Origin: Candidatus Xenobia bacterium
Lineage (GTDB): Bacteria > Vulcanimicrobiota > Xenobia > Xenobiales > QWHO01
Reading direction: 5' to 3'
Length of the DNA: 49,703 bases
NCBI GenBank assembly: GCA_045863235.1
Contig: BTUM01000058.1
Location: forward strand, 1-49,703
Part shown: positions 9,519 to 19,350 of the stretch, piece after piece
How positions within the stretch are numbered: position 1 is the stretch's first letter
Layout: every line of letters begins with the position of its first letter
The notes under the pieces: model-generated
Databases searched by the model: none
The model's input: the letters and a program-made list of their open reading frames with translations, nothing else
Told to the model about the DNA's origin: nothing
Program-made: the position numbers and the translations under genes

Positions 9519-11231
9519 TCAAGGTCCGACAGGAAGGACAACGCACAGGCAGGTGCCCTGGCCGACCACGCTGCTGGCCTCCACCTCCCCACCGTGCCGC
9601 TCAACGATCTCCTTGACGATAGCCAGACCAAGGCCGGTGCCTTTGACGCTGCGCAGCGTGGTGTCCTTGCTGCGGAAGAAGTGGTCGAAGAGCAGGGGCA
9701 AGTCTTCCTTGGGAATGCCAGGCCCGGTATCCTCCACCTCCAGGCGCCATCGGCCGGACTCGAGCGAAGTGCGAACCGTCACGGTGCCTCCGCCGGGGGT
9801 GAACTTCAAGGCGTTGTCCACCAGATTGATCACCACTTGCTTGAGTCGGTCTCGATCCAGGCTCATGGGGCGCGCCTCGGAGTGGGGCTGAAAGCTCAGC
9901 TTCACCTCGTTCCGCTCGGCCTGTGGGCGCAGCAAGTCGACCACGTCCTCCACCACTTCCTCCGGTAATATGGGTGCCAGGTCCATCGACAGGCTGAGAC
10001 TGCGCAACCGGGTCAGCTCGAGCAGGTCCTGCACCAGGCGGGTGAGCCGATCGGCCTCGGTATCGATACGGGTGAGGGGCTTCTTCAGCGACTCGTCCTC
10101 GCAGCTCTCGAGCAAAGTGGCCGCGAACCCTTTGATGATGGTCAGCGGAGTGCGCAGCTCATGGCTGACCGAGCTGAGAAAGAGGTTGCGCATCTCCTCC
10201 AGGCGCCGCACGTCGGTGATGTCGCGCAGCAGCAGCAGCCGGCCGATCTGCCCGCCTTCATCTCGAAAGGGAACCACCAGCGCCCGGTAGATGCGCTCTT
10301 GTAGATGCACCTCTTGAGCCTGGGGCTCGGGCGGGAAAGCCAGCGCGTCGGGCAGCGGTTGGCCCTCCCAGCGGTCGAGCCGCAGGGCGGCCTCAGCGGC
10401 CGCGTTGAGATAGGTCATGTTGCCGGCCGCATCCACCGCCACCACGCCGTCGGGAATCGAGGCCAGCAAGGTGCCGATCTTGTTGCGCTCGGCCAGCAGC
10501 TCGCCCAGTTGCCGGGAGAGCTGGCCCGCCATATGGTTGATGGTGGTGCCCAGCTGGCTCAGCTCGAGCGTTCCCGAGGGCTCGACCCGCTCTTGGAGAT
10601 GCCCCTCGGCAATCCGGGCGGCGGTCTGGCGAATGCGCTCCAGAGGACGGGTCAGCGTAGCCGCCAACAGCATGGCGGCCAGCACCGATCCCAGCAGGGC
10701 GAGCCCCAGAGCCGTCAGCAGCTGGTCCTTCAACTCTCGATAGGTGTCATCCAACTCGCTCAGATTGGAGGCCACGTCCACCACCCCCACCCGCTGCACG
10801 GTGGGATACTGCAGCTCGATGGGAGTGCTGGCGTGCGCCACGCGCACCCCGTCCTCGGTAGAGAACCAGGTGATGGGCTGACCCTCGAGCGCCTTCAGTG
10901 CCTCCGGCGACATCGGCTCGGAGAGCCGCTCCAGCGAGTCGCCCAGTATCTTCCCCTGCTGGTCGGCGATGCGAATACGGGCCCGGGTCAGGCGGGGAAA
11001 ACGGTGCATCACCCAGCGGGCCGATTCGGACAGGTCGTCGGGATGCTGGGTGTACATGTTCATGAAGTGCGCCAGCACGCGGCTCTGCGAGGTGAGCTGG
11101 TTCTCGGCGCGACGCTCGAGGGACGACTGCATCCACCGCAGCATGAACCCCGCGCTGATGCCGAGCGAGAGCGAGACCAGGAGCAGATAGGTCAAAACCA
11201 GCCGCGAGCGGATGGTGTTGAGCAGCTTCAC
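9519..11231 (-). CDS. Membrane sensor histidine kinase (HAMP-PAS-HisKA-HATPase)
   Basis: GTG at 11231 overlapping regulator stop; two TM helices, SHELRTPLT, NLVDNALKF, DTGPGI, GTGLGL. Confidence 0.95.
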   Translation of the reverse strand: MKLLNTIRSRLVLTYLLLVSLSLGISAGFMLRWMQSSLERRAENQLTSQSRVLAHFMNMYTQHPDDLSESARWVMHRFPRLTRARIRIADQQGKILGDSLERLSEPMSPEALKALEGQPITWFSTEDGVRVAHASTPIELQYPTVQRVGVVDVASNLSELDDTYRELKDQLLTALGLALLGSVLAAMLLAATLTRPLERIRQTAARIAEGHLQERVEPSGTLELSQLGTTINHMAGQLSRQLGELLAERNKIGTLLASIPDGVVAVDAAGNMTYLNAAAEAALRLDRWEGQPLPDALAFPPEPQAQEVHLQERIYRALVVPFRDEGGQIGRLLLLRDITDVRRLEEMRNLFLSSVSHELRTPLTIIKGFAATLLESCEDESLKKPLTRIDTEADRLTRLVQDLLELTRLRSLSLSMDLAPILPEEVVEDVVDLLRPQAERNEVKLSFQPHSEARPMSLDRDRLKQVVINLVDNALKFTPGGGTVTVRTSLESGRWRLEVEDTGPGIPKEDLPLLFDHFFRSKDTTLRSVKGTGLGLAIVKEIVERHGGEVEASSVVGQGTCLCVVLPVGP

Positions 11232-11905
11232 TCGTCTCCGAACCGGTAGCCCTTGCCCCACACGGTGCGCACATACACGGAGGCGACTGGCCCGAGCTTC
11301 TCGCGCAGGTAGCGCACATGCACGTCCACCGAGCGGGCATCGAGGTGATCCGACCCCCATACCTCGCGCAGAATGTCCTGGCGACTGAAGATCTCGCCCG
11401 GGTGGGAGATGAAGAAGGTCAGCAGATCATATTCTCGAGGGGTCAGCTCGACCGGCGTCTGGTGCAAGAATACTTTGCGGCGCAGCACGTCCACCGTCAG
11501 CTCGCGATAGCTGAACTGGGTGCGCTCGGTGCGGGTGGGAGCCTTGACTCGGCGCAAGATGGCCTTGACCCGGGCCATCAGCTCCTTGGGGTTGAAGGGC
11601 TTCACCACGTAGTCGTCAGCCCCCGTCTCGAGGCCGACGATCTTGTCCACGTCATCCTCTCGAGCCGTCACCATGACCACGGGCACCTCCGAGAAGGCCC
11701 GGATACGCCGGCACACCTCGAACCCGTCGATATCGGGGAGCCCCAGGTCAAGCAGGATCAGATCGGGCTCGCGCTTCTTGACCTCATCGACGGCCTTCCC
11801 CCCGGTCTCGGAGGTGACCACGCGGTAGCCTTCACGGATGAGATTCATCTCCAGAATCTCTCGAATGCCCTCTTCGTCTTCCACGACCAGGACGGTTTTC
11901 TCCAT
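11228..11905 (-). CDS. OmpR/PhoB-family response regulator
   Basis: LVVEDE, LLDLGLP, MVTAR, GADDYVVKPF, LTPREYDLL, VDVHVRYLREK, TVWGKGY. Confidence 0.95.
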   Translation of the reverse strand: MEKTVLVVEDEEGIREILEMNLIREGYRVVTSETGGKAVDEVKKREPDLILLDLGLPDIDGFEVCRRIRAFSEVPVVMVTAREDDVDKIVGLETGADDYVVKPFNPKELMARVKAILRRVKAPTRTERTQFSYRELTVDVLRRKVFLHQTPVELTPREYDLLTFFISHPGEIFSRQDILREVWGSDHLDARSVDVHVRYLREKLGPVASVYVRTVWGKGYRFGDE

Positions 11906-11944
11906 GAGAGGGCTTTCGGAGCCGAGCCGGCGAACTCTTTCTGG

Positions 11945-12595
11945 ATGAGGCGGCATCCTGAGAGCGCAGCCGGGGGTTGCGGCCGGACTTCCAGGCGCGG
12001 CTTTACTCTGGCCGAGTGCATGATTGCGCTGCTCTTCATCAGCATTGCCCTGTTCGCATATGTCAGCCTGCACACCCGTCTGATCCACAGCGGCTACAAG
12101 CTCGAAACCCGCATGTTGCATCAGGAGGCCGCCCGAACCAAGATGGCCGAGCAGATCGCCAGCGAGCGCCAGAAGCAGGCGGCGGCCGGGGGCGGGCTGG
12201 CGGCCGAGGCCCAGAACACCAGCACTCTGATGAGCCTGGATCCCAAGGACGGAAAGATGTCTTTGATCCTGCCAGACCCCTCCGATGGTGGTTTCAAGCT
12301 GGTCAAGCCAGAGAACGGCCTGACTCCTTACTATGACTCGACCTACAAGCCTTTCATGCCTTACTACAACTCGGGCTACATCCCGTTTGCGGCCTACTAC
12401 AACCCCATCGTGCTGAGCGGGGGGACCAGTGGCCAGCCCCAGGTGCTCGGTCAGGCCTCGGCCAACGTGACTCCCATCGGCTCGGGCCCGGAAGCGGCCG
12501 CCATGATCCGGGTGGAAGAAACCTGGACCGACCGCAACGGCCAGCAGAGTATCGTGCTTGAGACGGCGGTAGCGCCCCTGTTCCAGGGTTGGTAG
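11945..12595 (+). CDS. Prepilin-type (class III signal peptide) PilV-like minor pilin
   Basis: SRRG|FTLAECMIALLFISIALF with Glu at +5 and a hydrophobic helix; ATG at 11945. Confidence 0.8.
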   Translation: MRRHPESAAGGCGRTSRRGFTLAECMIALLFISIALFAYVSLHTRLIHSGYKLETRMLHQEAARTKMAEQIASERQKQAAAGGGLAAEAQNTSTLMSLDPKDGKMSLILPDPSDGGFKLVKPENGLTPYYDSTYKPFMPYYNSGYIPFAAYYNPIVLSGGTSGQPQVLGQASANVTPIGSGPEAAAMIRVEETWTDRNGQQSIVLETAVAPLFQGW

Positions 12596-15500
12596 TCGCC
12601 GACCACCCGGCCGTCATCGACGGCTACGAAATCCTCGAGGCGCTCGGCCAGGGTGGCATGGGTTGGGTCTACCGAGCCCGCCGCCCGGGCGAGCAGGTGC
12701 CGCAGGTTGCCCTCAAGGTGCTGCGCCCGGCCCTGGGCGCGACCTTGCACGACCGACTGCGCTTTCAGCGCGAGTTTGCCCTGGCCAGTCGTCTGAATCA
12801 TCCTGGTCTGGTCAAGGTTTTCGAGCAGGGCGACTTTCAGGGCCAGCCCTATTTTACGATGGAGCTGGTCGATGGCCTGACTCTGCGCGAGTATTTCAAC
12901 GCCCGGCGAGGCCAGAGCGACTGGACGGCCACCGTGCAGGCCGTCTTCAACCGCTTGCTGGAGGCCATCCAGTACATCCACCGCCACGGAGTGCTGCACC
13001 GAGACCTCAAGCCGGAGAACATCCTGGTCGAGGACTCGGGCCAGCCCCGGCTGCTCGACTTCGGGCTGGCCCGGCCGCGCGATCTGAAGAGCGGGGCGGT
13101 CACCGAGCCGGGCACGCTGGTGGGCACGGTGCACTATATGGCTCCCGAGCAGATTCGCGGGGGCGAGCTCGACTTTCGGGCCGACCTTTATGCGCTGGGA
13201 GTCCTTCTCTACGAGACCCTGACCGGACGCCTGCCTTTCGACCACCCCGACATGATGGCGGTGGTGTGCGCCATCCTGCACGAGAAGCCGCCCCCGCCGG
13301 GTGCTGGCGAAGCCCTGGATCGTCTGGTCTTGAAACTGCTGGCCAAGGAGCCGGCCGACCGCTACCAGAGCGCCGGTGAGCTGTTGCACGACTGGGCGGC
13401 GGCCGGCGGGGCCTCCCCCGACCCTCAACCGGAAAGTCCCGGACTCAACTTGCTCACTCCAAGATTCGTGGGTCGGGAATCGGAACTGGCTGTGCTGACG
13501 GAAGTCGAATCAGGACTGGTGCTGGTGGAAGGGGCCAGCGGCGTGGGTAAGTCGCGCTTCCTCGAGGAAGCAGCGGCCTGTCTTCGTCAGCCAACCCGGC
13601 CGGTTCTGGCCTCGCAGGCCGGGGAGACACCCTACTCTCTCTGGCTTCCCTTCCTGCGCCGGACCGCGCTCCCATCGCGCCTGGAGCCGTTTCGACCGAT
13701 GCTGGCGGCGGTGCTGCCCGAACTCGGCTCCACCAACCAGAGTGCTGACGACCCCGTGCTGCGATTTCGCCTGTTCGAAGGCATGCGCCAGCTGCTCTTG
13801 ACCCAGGGAGGAACCAAGGGACTGGTGCTGGTGCTCGAGGACCTGCACCGGGCCGACCCGGCCAGCCTGGAATTTCTGGGTTACCTGACCGGTGCCGCGA
13901 TGGGCGGGCTCCTGCTGGTGGCCAGCCTGCAGGGGGAACCCCCTGCCGGGCTGACGAGCGCCAAGAGAATCGTTCTCGAGCCTCTCAACCCTGAGCAAAC
14001 AGCGGTCCTGGCCCGATCGATGCTGGGCTATGCGGGTCTGGCCGATGACACCGTCCAGGCGCTGCACCAGGAAACCGAGGGCAACCCGCTGTTCCTGGTG
14101 GAGCTTTTGCGCACGTTCGTGAGCGAGGGACGCCTGCGGCTGACCCCGACAGGCTGGAACCTGGCAAGCGGCAGCCTCCAGCCGGGCAGCCTGTCGGTAA
14201 CGGTGCGTCAGGCCCTGCAACGCCGACTGGAGGGGCTCGAGCCTCAGGATCTTGAGGTCGCCCGCCAGGCGGCCGTGCTGGGAATGAGCTTTGAGTTCGA
14301 TTCCCTGCAGCAAGCCGTGCAGCTCCCTCCCGAGCATCTGCTCGAGTGCCTCGAGCGGTTGACCCGCGGTCGCATCCTGGCTGAGAACCTGGAGTATCGA
14401 TTCTGCAATCGCCCCCTGTGGGAGCTGCTCAACGAGAAAGCCCCCGCCGAGCTTCACCGGCGGGCGGCACTGGCGCTGCGCGGTCGAGCCGAGCCCGCCC
14501 GTCTGGCCTACCACCACCGCATGGCCGGCCAGGGCCGTCTGGCCGCCGAGCAGCTGGTGCGGGCCGCCGAAGCTGCCATCGCGGTGTTCGCCTATCGCGA
14601 TGCCCTGGAGCTCTTGCAGCTTTGCTCGGAGATGCCCGAGTCGGACCAGGTGCTCAGCCCTGCCGAGTTGGAGGAACGGCGCGCCGAAGCGCTGGAGGGC
14701 TCGGGCCGACCAGCTCAGGCCCGCAAGAGCTTTGAACGGCTGGTAGAGAGCGCCCCCGACCGCAAAACCCGGCTGAGACTGATGCGCAAGCTGGGGACGT
14801 GCTGTCAGCGCATGGGTGAGCTGACCCTGGCGGCCGAGGTCCTGAGCCAGGCCCTGGCCGTGGCCGGCTGGCCCCTCCCCTCGCGGAGCTGGACAGGCTT
14901 TCTGCTGGGGCTGGCCCGGGTTCCCCTGGGCCCGGACGATGTTGCCCGCATCCTGGAGCAACTCACGCGAGTCCTCTTTTACTTGCGCTCCCCGGGTTGG
15001 AGAAAGGACACCCTGGCCATCGGGGTCCTCCAGCGAAAGCTCCTGCACAGGCTTGGCTCGCGGGCAGACTCCCATCAGGCCAGCCTTACCGCCGCCTACA
15101 TCCTGAACCTGACTCTGCCCCGCGCCACTCTCCCGCACTCGCGTCGGTTGTTGCTGCGAAGCGCCTCCCTCTACCGAGAAGAACCGGACAGTTTGCAGAA
15201 AGCCGCTTACTTCCGAGAAGTGGCCTTTCTTCTGTTCAACTTCGGGGACGCCCGGGATGGGCTGCGACTGGCCCTGGAGGGATTGGAGCTGAGCACCCGC
15301 CTCGGGGACGTGCACGGGCTGGCCACCGTCAACTCGATCGTCTACATGCACTATCGCTTCTTTGGTGACCTGCGCAAAGCGCGCGAGCATTCGCTGCGGG
15401 CCCAGGCGGCCGCGCGTCAGACCGGCAACCCGATCGACCTGGCCCTCAGCACCATCAACCTGGGCACCATCCTGGCTCTCCAGCGCCGATTCGCCGAGCT

Positions 15501-16041
15501 CGACGAGCTCCTGGCCGAGAACGCGGAACGGACCAGGGGATTTCCCTTCGCCGAGGCCTCGACGCTGTTCACCCGGGCCCTGCAGGCCCTCTTCCAGGGC
15601 AAGCCGGAGCTGACGCTTGAGCTGGCTCGAGACTGCTACCAGGACTGCAACCGGCACCAGATTCCGGTCTGGAAGCGCGAGGCGCGTGTCCTGGAGGTTC
15701 GCGCCCTGGTGGAGCTGAGTGCCTGCGACCCGACTCTGCGCAAGAAGACGCATCGCCTGCTGGCCCGGGTCCGCTGGGAGCTGGCCGGCCTCGTTCCCAG
15801 CCTGGAGGCGGTCCTGCTGCGAACTCACGCAGACCTGCTCTGGCAGGCCGGAGCCCGCGAGAAGGCCCGGCGCGACTACCTCGAGGCCCTGGACCTGCTG
15901 GTTGGCCTGGGCCATACTTACGAGCAGGGGAACACGCACCTCAGCCTGAGCCGACTGTACGAGAGCGACCAGCCCGAACGCTCTCGTCGCCACCGCGAGC
16001 TGGCCCATGAATGCTGGGCCCAGTGCGACGTTCTATTCTGA
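12589..16041 (+). CDS. Ser/Thr protein kinase with AAA ATPase and TPR-like helical domains
   Basis: LGQGGMG, VALKVL, HRDLKPEN, DFGLA, YMAPE; FVGRESEL, GASGVGKS, LEDLH, EGNPLFL; Ala/Leu-rich helical C-terminus. Confidence 0.93.
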   Translation: MVVADHPAVIDGYEILEALGQGGMGWVYRARRPGEQVPQVALKVLRPALGATLHDRLRFQREFALASRLNHPGLVKVFEQGDFQGQPYFTMELVDGLTLREYFNARRGQSDWTATVQAVFNRLLEAIQYIHRHGVLHRDLKPENILVEDSGQPRLLDFGLARPRDLKSGAVTEPGTLVGTVHYMAPEQIRGGELDFRADLYALGVLLYETLTGRLPFDHPDMMAVVCAILHEKPPPPGAGEALDRLVLKLLAKEPADRYQSAGELLHDWAAAGGASPDPQPESPGLNLLTPRFVGRESELAVLTEVESGLVLVEGASGVGKSRFLEEAAACLRQPTRPVLASQAGETPYSLWLPFLRRTALPSRLEPFRPMLAAVLPELGSTNQSADDPVLRFRLFEGMRQLLLTQGGTKGLVLVLEDLHRADPASLEFLGYLTGAAMGGLLLVASLQGEPPAGLTSAKRIVLEPLNPEQTAVLARSMLGYAGLADDTVQALHQETEGNPLFLVELLRTFVSEGRLRLTPTGWNLASGSLQPGSLSVTVRQALQRRLEGLEPQDLEVARQAAVLGMSFEFDSLQQAVQLPPEHLLECLERLTRGRILAENLEYRFCNRPLWELLNEKAPAELHRRAALALRGRAEPARLAYHHRMAGQGRLAAEQLVRAAEAAIAVFAYRDALELLQLCSEMPESDQVLSPAELEERRAEALEGSGRPAQARKSFERLVESAPDRKTRLRLMRKLGTCCQRMGELTLAAEVLSQALAVAGWPLPSRSWTGFLLGLARVPLGPDDVARILEQLTRVLFYLRSPGWRKDTLAIGVLQRKLLHRLGSRADSHQASLTAAYILNLTLPRATLPHSRRLLLRSASLYREEPDSLQKAAYFREVAFLLFNFGDARDGLRLALEGLELSTRLGDVHGLATVNSIVYMHYRFFGDLRKAREHSLRAQAAARQTGNPIDLALSTINLGTILALQRRFAELDELLAENAERTRGFPFAEASTLFTRALQALFQGKPELTLELARDCYQDCNRHQIPVWKREARVLEVRALVELSACDPTLRKKTHRLLARVRWELAGLVPSLEAVLLRTHADLLWQAGAREKARRDYLEALDLLVGLGHTYEQGNTHLSLSRLYESDQPERSRRHRELAHECWAQCDVLF

Positions 16042-16057
16042 GGAGCTTTTTCTGGAG

Positions 16058-16684
16058 TCAGCCAACCCTGGCCGGCGCCGGCAGCGCTTCGTCCTCGGAG
16101 TGGTCCAGGCAACGCAGGGTCTCGCCCTGCTCGAGGTAGCGCCAGCCGCTCTCGGGACAGATCAGGTGGCCCTGGTCGTCACGCTTGCTCAGCCGGTGGC
16201 CGTGGCGACTCATCCAGCCCTTGCGACGGGCGGGAACGCCCAGCATCAGGGCGTAGTCAGGCACGTCGCCCCGCACCACGGCACCGGCCCCCACGAAAGC
16301 GTAGCGACCGATGGTGGCGCCGCACACGATGGTGGAGTTGGCACCCAGGGTGGCTCCCCGGCGCACCCGCGTGGTCATGTACTCGCTGCGGCGCACGATC
16401 TGCGAGCGCGGATTGATCACGTTGGTGAAGACCATCGAGGGGCCGCAGAAGACGTCGTCCTCCAGGATGACCCCGGTGTAGAGTGAGACGTTGTTCTGTA
16501 TCTTGACGTTGTCCCCCACCACCACGTCGGTGGCCACCATGACGTTCTGGCCCAGAATGCAGCTCTTGCCCAGGGTGGCGCCTTTCAAGATATGACAGAA
16601 GTGCCAGATCTTCGTCCCCGCACCGATCTGGCAGGGTTCATCGACGTAGGCGCTTTCGTGGACGAAGTAATCACGCTCGGACAT
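16058..16684 (-). CDS. Hexapeptide-repeat N-acetyltransferase (WbpD-like)
   Basis: [55 protein letters not shown]. Confidence 0.92.
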   Translation of the reverse strand: MSERDYFVHESAYVDEPCQIGAGTKIWHFCHILKGATLGKSCILGQNVMVATDVVVGDNVKIQNNVSLYTGVILEDDVFCGPSMVFTNVINPRSQIVRRSEYMTTRVRRGATLGANSTIVCGATIGRYAFVGAGAVVRGDVPDYALMLGVPARRKGWMSRHGHRLSKRDDQGHLICPESGWRYLEQGETLRCLDHSEDEALPAPARVG

Positions 16685-16769
16685 CAGCCAACTCCTTTAC
16701 CAAAGTGCGCAACGGACAAGTTGCGCAGCAAGAAGCCCGACAGTTCCGCGCCGATGGCCCTGTTCCTTC

Positions 16770-16988
16770 TCAGGACTCGATCTGACCCAGCCGGGCCGCG
16801 GCCAGGCCAGCCTCGGCGGCCAAACGACCCAGGTCGGCGGCCAGAGCGCCCAGGCGAGACGAGAGCTGGCCCAGTTCGGAGGCAGTTTCCACACCCGGCT
16901 CACAGTGCTCGGTGAAGACCGCCAGCTGGGCCTCGGTTCGCCGCTGCAGGCTCTCCAGCTCGCGCAGGCAGCCGCTCAGCGCTTCCAC
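16770..16988 (-). CDS. Small hypothetical helical protein
   Basis: GTG at 16988 overlapping the moaC end; amphipathic 72-aa product filling the gap. Confidence 0.45.
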   Translation of the reverse strand: MEALSGCLRELESLQRRTEAQLAVFTEHCEPGVETASELGQLSSRLGALAADLGRLAAEAGLAAARLGQIES

Positions 16989-17440
16989 GGGCCGCTCTTG
17001 CCGCCGCTCTTCTCCAGCAGTCGGACGGGGCCGATCTCGATGTCCTTCTGAGCCGCTTTGAGCATGTCGTAGACCGTCAGGGCCGCCACCGAGACCGCCG
17101 TCAGAGCCTCCATCTCCACCCCCGTGCGTCCCGTGCAACGCACCGTGGCGGTGATCAGGATGCGGTCGGGAGCGATCGGCTCGAGCTCCAGCTCCACACC
17201 GGTAAGGGCCAGCGGGTGGCAGAGCGGGATCAGCTCGCTGGTCTTCTTGGCGGCCATGATGCCAGCCAGGCGCGCGGTAGCCAGCACGTCCCCCTTGGGA
17301 GCGTGGCCCAGCATGGCAAAGGTCTCCTCGGCCAGGCGCACGGTGGCCTCGGCCCGGGCCTGGCGAGCGGTCTCGGTCTTTTGTCCCACCTCCACCATGC
17401 GGGCCCGACCCCGCTCGTCGAGGTGGGAGAGCTCGCTCAC
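16976..17440 (-). CDS. moaC: Cyclic pyranopterin monophosphate synthase
   Basis: [48 protein letters not shown]. Confidence 0.97.
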   Translation of the reverse strand: MSELSHLDERGRARMVEVGQKTETARQARAEATVRLAEETFAMLGHAPKGDVLATARLAGIMAAKKTSELIPLCHPLALTGVELELEPIAPDRILITATVRCTGRTGVEMEALTAVSVAALTVYDMLKAAQKDIEIGPVRLLEKSGGKSGPWKR

Positions 17441-19350
17441 GGGCTCTCCCAGAGCACCGTGCCGGCCTGGCGGAAGTCGTAGCCGGCCAGGTGAGCGGTT
17501 GCCTCGCGCTTGAAATTGCTCGAGCGGATCACCTGCAAGAGCCCCTGAATGGCGAACAGGTTGAAGAACTTCTTCGGGATGGCCAGGTCGAGGCGCTCGG
17601 TGAAGCAGGGCACGAAATCGAGTCGGGACGCCTTGGCCGTGGCCGGGATGCCCAGGCCGGCGTCGGCCGCCCCGCTCGAGACGGCGGCGGCAGCCGACAT
17701 GTGGGTGTAGGCCTCCTGAGCAAAGCCGCGGATCTTGCCGGTGTCAAGCTTGAGCTGGCGTAGATGGTATTCCATCAGCATGCGGGTGCCCGAGCCGAGC
17801 TGGCGGTTGATGAATTGGACCTCTGGCCGGGTGAGGTCGGCCAGTCCCTGGATGCCCTTGGGGTTGCCGCCGGCCACCACCAGGCCCATTTCCCGCGAGA
17901 AAAGATTGACCAGCACCACCGGGAAATCGGCCCGACGAACGTGGGGAATGTTGTATTCTCCCTCATCCTCGTCGAACATATGCATGGCCGCGAGGTGGCA
18001 CAAGCCCCTCTTGAGCGCCTCCAGTCCTCGCTTTCCACCGGTCGCGGCGGTGAACAGCGTCAACTCGGGATGGTTGCGCATCAGCTGGCCGTTGATCACC
18101 TCGTAGGTGATGTCGTGGGTGCCCAGCAGGATGATGTTCCCCTCGATCGGGCGCACCGGCGTCAGCCGCTGCACCTGCACCGGCATCCCGGCCGCCAGCT
18201 CCTCGGTGTGGGCGCTCACCTGCACCAGCCCGTCGGCGCGCACCAGCGACATCAAGAGCGCCGCGCCGCGCGAGATGGGAACCGCCACGGTGCGCCCTCC
18301 CACGATGCCCAGCTTGACCCGCAAGAGCTCCTCCACCCCGGCCGGGGAGCTGATCGAGACCGCCAGCTCGGCCGCCTCGCTGACAGGAGAGCTGACCGGA
18401 ATGGCCATCTTGCGCTCCAACACGGGGCGAGCGAAGAGCTTGTAGGTCAGGAAAGTGCTCACCGGATAGAAGGGCAGGCCCAGCACGGGTTTTCCCTGCA
18501 CCTGGCCGGTGGCCAGTGAATGGCCTGGCTTGAGGGCGACCCCGTTCAGTATGACCTCGCCCACCTCGCCCAGCAGGTGGGCCACCAGAGCGGTGCCATA
18601 GGAGGGACCGGCCACCACGATCACCAGGTCGTGGTCGACCAGGGCCATCAAGAGCGCCTCGCGCACCTCCTCGGCCCGCTCCGCCACCACCGGCAGGCAG
18701 CGGGGCAGAGCCCCGAGCTCGGCCACCAGGGCGGCCAGAATGGGGCTGTTGGAGTCGATCATCTGGCCCACCCCGGGAGTGGCGCCGGCCGCCACCAGGT
18801 GCGAGCCAAGCGGCAAAATGGCCACCCGGGGCTGGCGATAGACCTTGACCAGGCTTACTCCGCCCGCGAGCATGGCCCCCAGCTCCAGGGGCCCGACGCG
18901 GTGGTCGCGCGGCAAGATGACCTCGCGGGCAGCCAGGTCTTCTCCGGTGGGGCGCACGTTGCGCCAGGGGGCCGATGGGCGGTCGACCTGCACCACCTCG
19001 GTGGAAACGAGGCGGATCTCGTGCATCGGTACCACGGCATCGAAGCCATCAGGCAGCGCCGAGCCATTGTCCACGAACACGCCCTCGGGGCCGAGTTTCA
19101 GCTTGACCGGCGATTCGCGGGTGGCGGCGAACGTGGCCGTGGAGCGAACCGCCAGGCCATCGGTGGCAGCCTGGTAGAAGTGGGGCGAGGAGATCTGGGC
19201 CACGACCGGGGCCGCCGTCACCCGTCCCACCGCCTGCACGGTGGGGATCTCCTCCACCTCCATGCGCTCGAGCGCGCCCGCGAACTCGAGCTCGGAGAAC
19301 CAGCGATCGAGCGCTTCCTCCAGGGGGATCTCGTGGAGTTGGCGCTCCAT
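17437..19350 (-). CDS. moeA: Molybdopterin molybdotransferase MoeA fused to a C-terminal PBP-like domain
   Basis: [30 protein letters not shown]-terminal [29 protein letters not shown]. Confidence 0.88.
   Translation of the reverse strand: MERQLHEIPLEEALDRWFSELEFAGALERMEVEEIPTVQAVGRVTAAPVVAQISSPHFYQAATDGLAVRSTATFAATRESPVKLKLGPEGVFVDNGSALPDGFDAVVPMHEIRLVSTEVVQVDRPSAPWRNVRPTGEDLAAREVILPRDHRVGPLELGAMLAGGVSLVKVYRQPRVAILPLGSHLVAAGATPGVGQMIDSNSPILAALVAELGALPRCLPVVAERAEEVREALLMALVDHDLVIVVAGPSYGTALVAHLLGEVGEVILNGVALKPGHSLATGQVQGKPVLGLPFYPVSTFLTYKLFARPVLERKMAIPVSSPVSEAAELAVSISSPAGVEELLRVKLGIVGGRTVAVPISRGAALLMSLVRADGLVQVSAHTEELAAGMPVQVQRLTPVRPIEGNIILLGTHDITYEVINGQLMRNHPELTLFTAATGGKRGLEALKRGLCHLAAMHMFDEDEGEYNIPHVRRADFPVVLVNLFSREMGLVVAGGNPKGIQGLADLTRPEVQFINRQLGSGTRMLMEYHLRQLKLDTGKIRGFAQEAYTHMSAAAAVSSGAADAGLGIPATAKASRLDFVPCFTERLDLAIPKKFFNLFAIQGLLQVIRSSNFKREATAHLAGYDFRQAGTVLWESP

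Noticed and set aside
11318..11944. Long N-terminal extensions given by the ORF track (e.g. 11318, 6855, 27754, 39795, 44496, 49625 starts)
   Set aside because: They overlap neighbouring genes; downstream starts fit signal peptides, RBSs or stop/start overlaps better
13510..16008. 832-aa antisense ORF (likewise 18520-20811, 7325-8803, 21355-23124, 26093-27673, 45306-46937)
   Set aside because: Shadow frames of well-supported genes; expected in high-GC DNA with biased codon usage; no recognisable motifs
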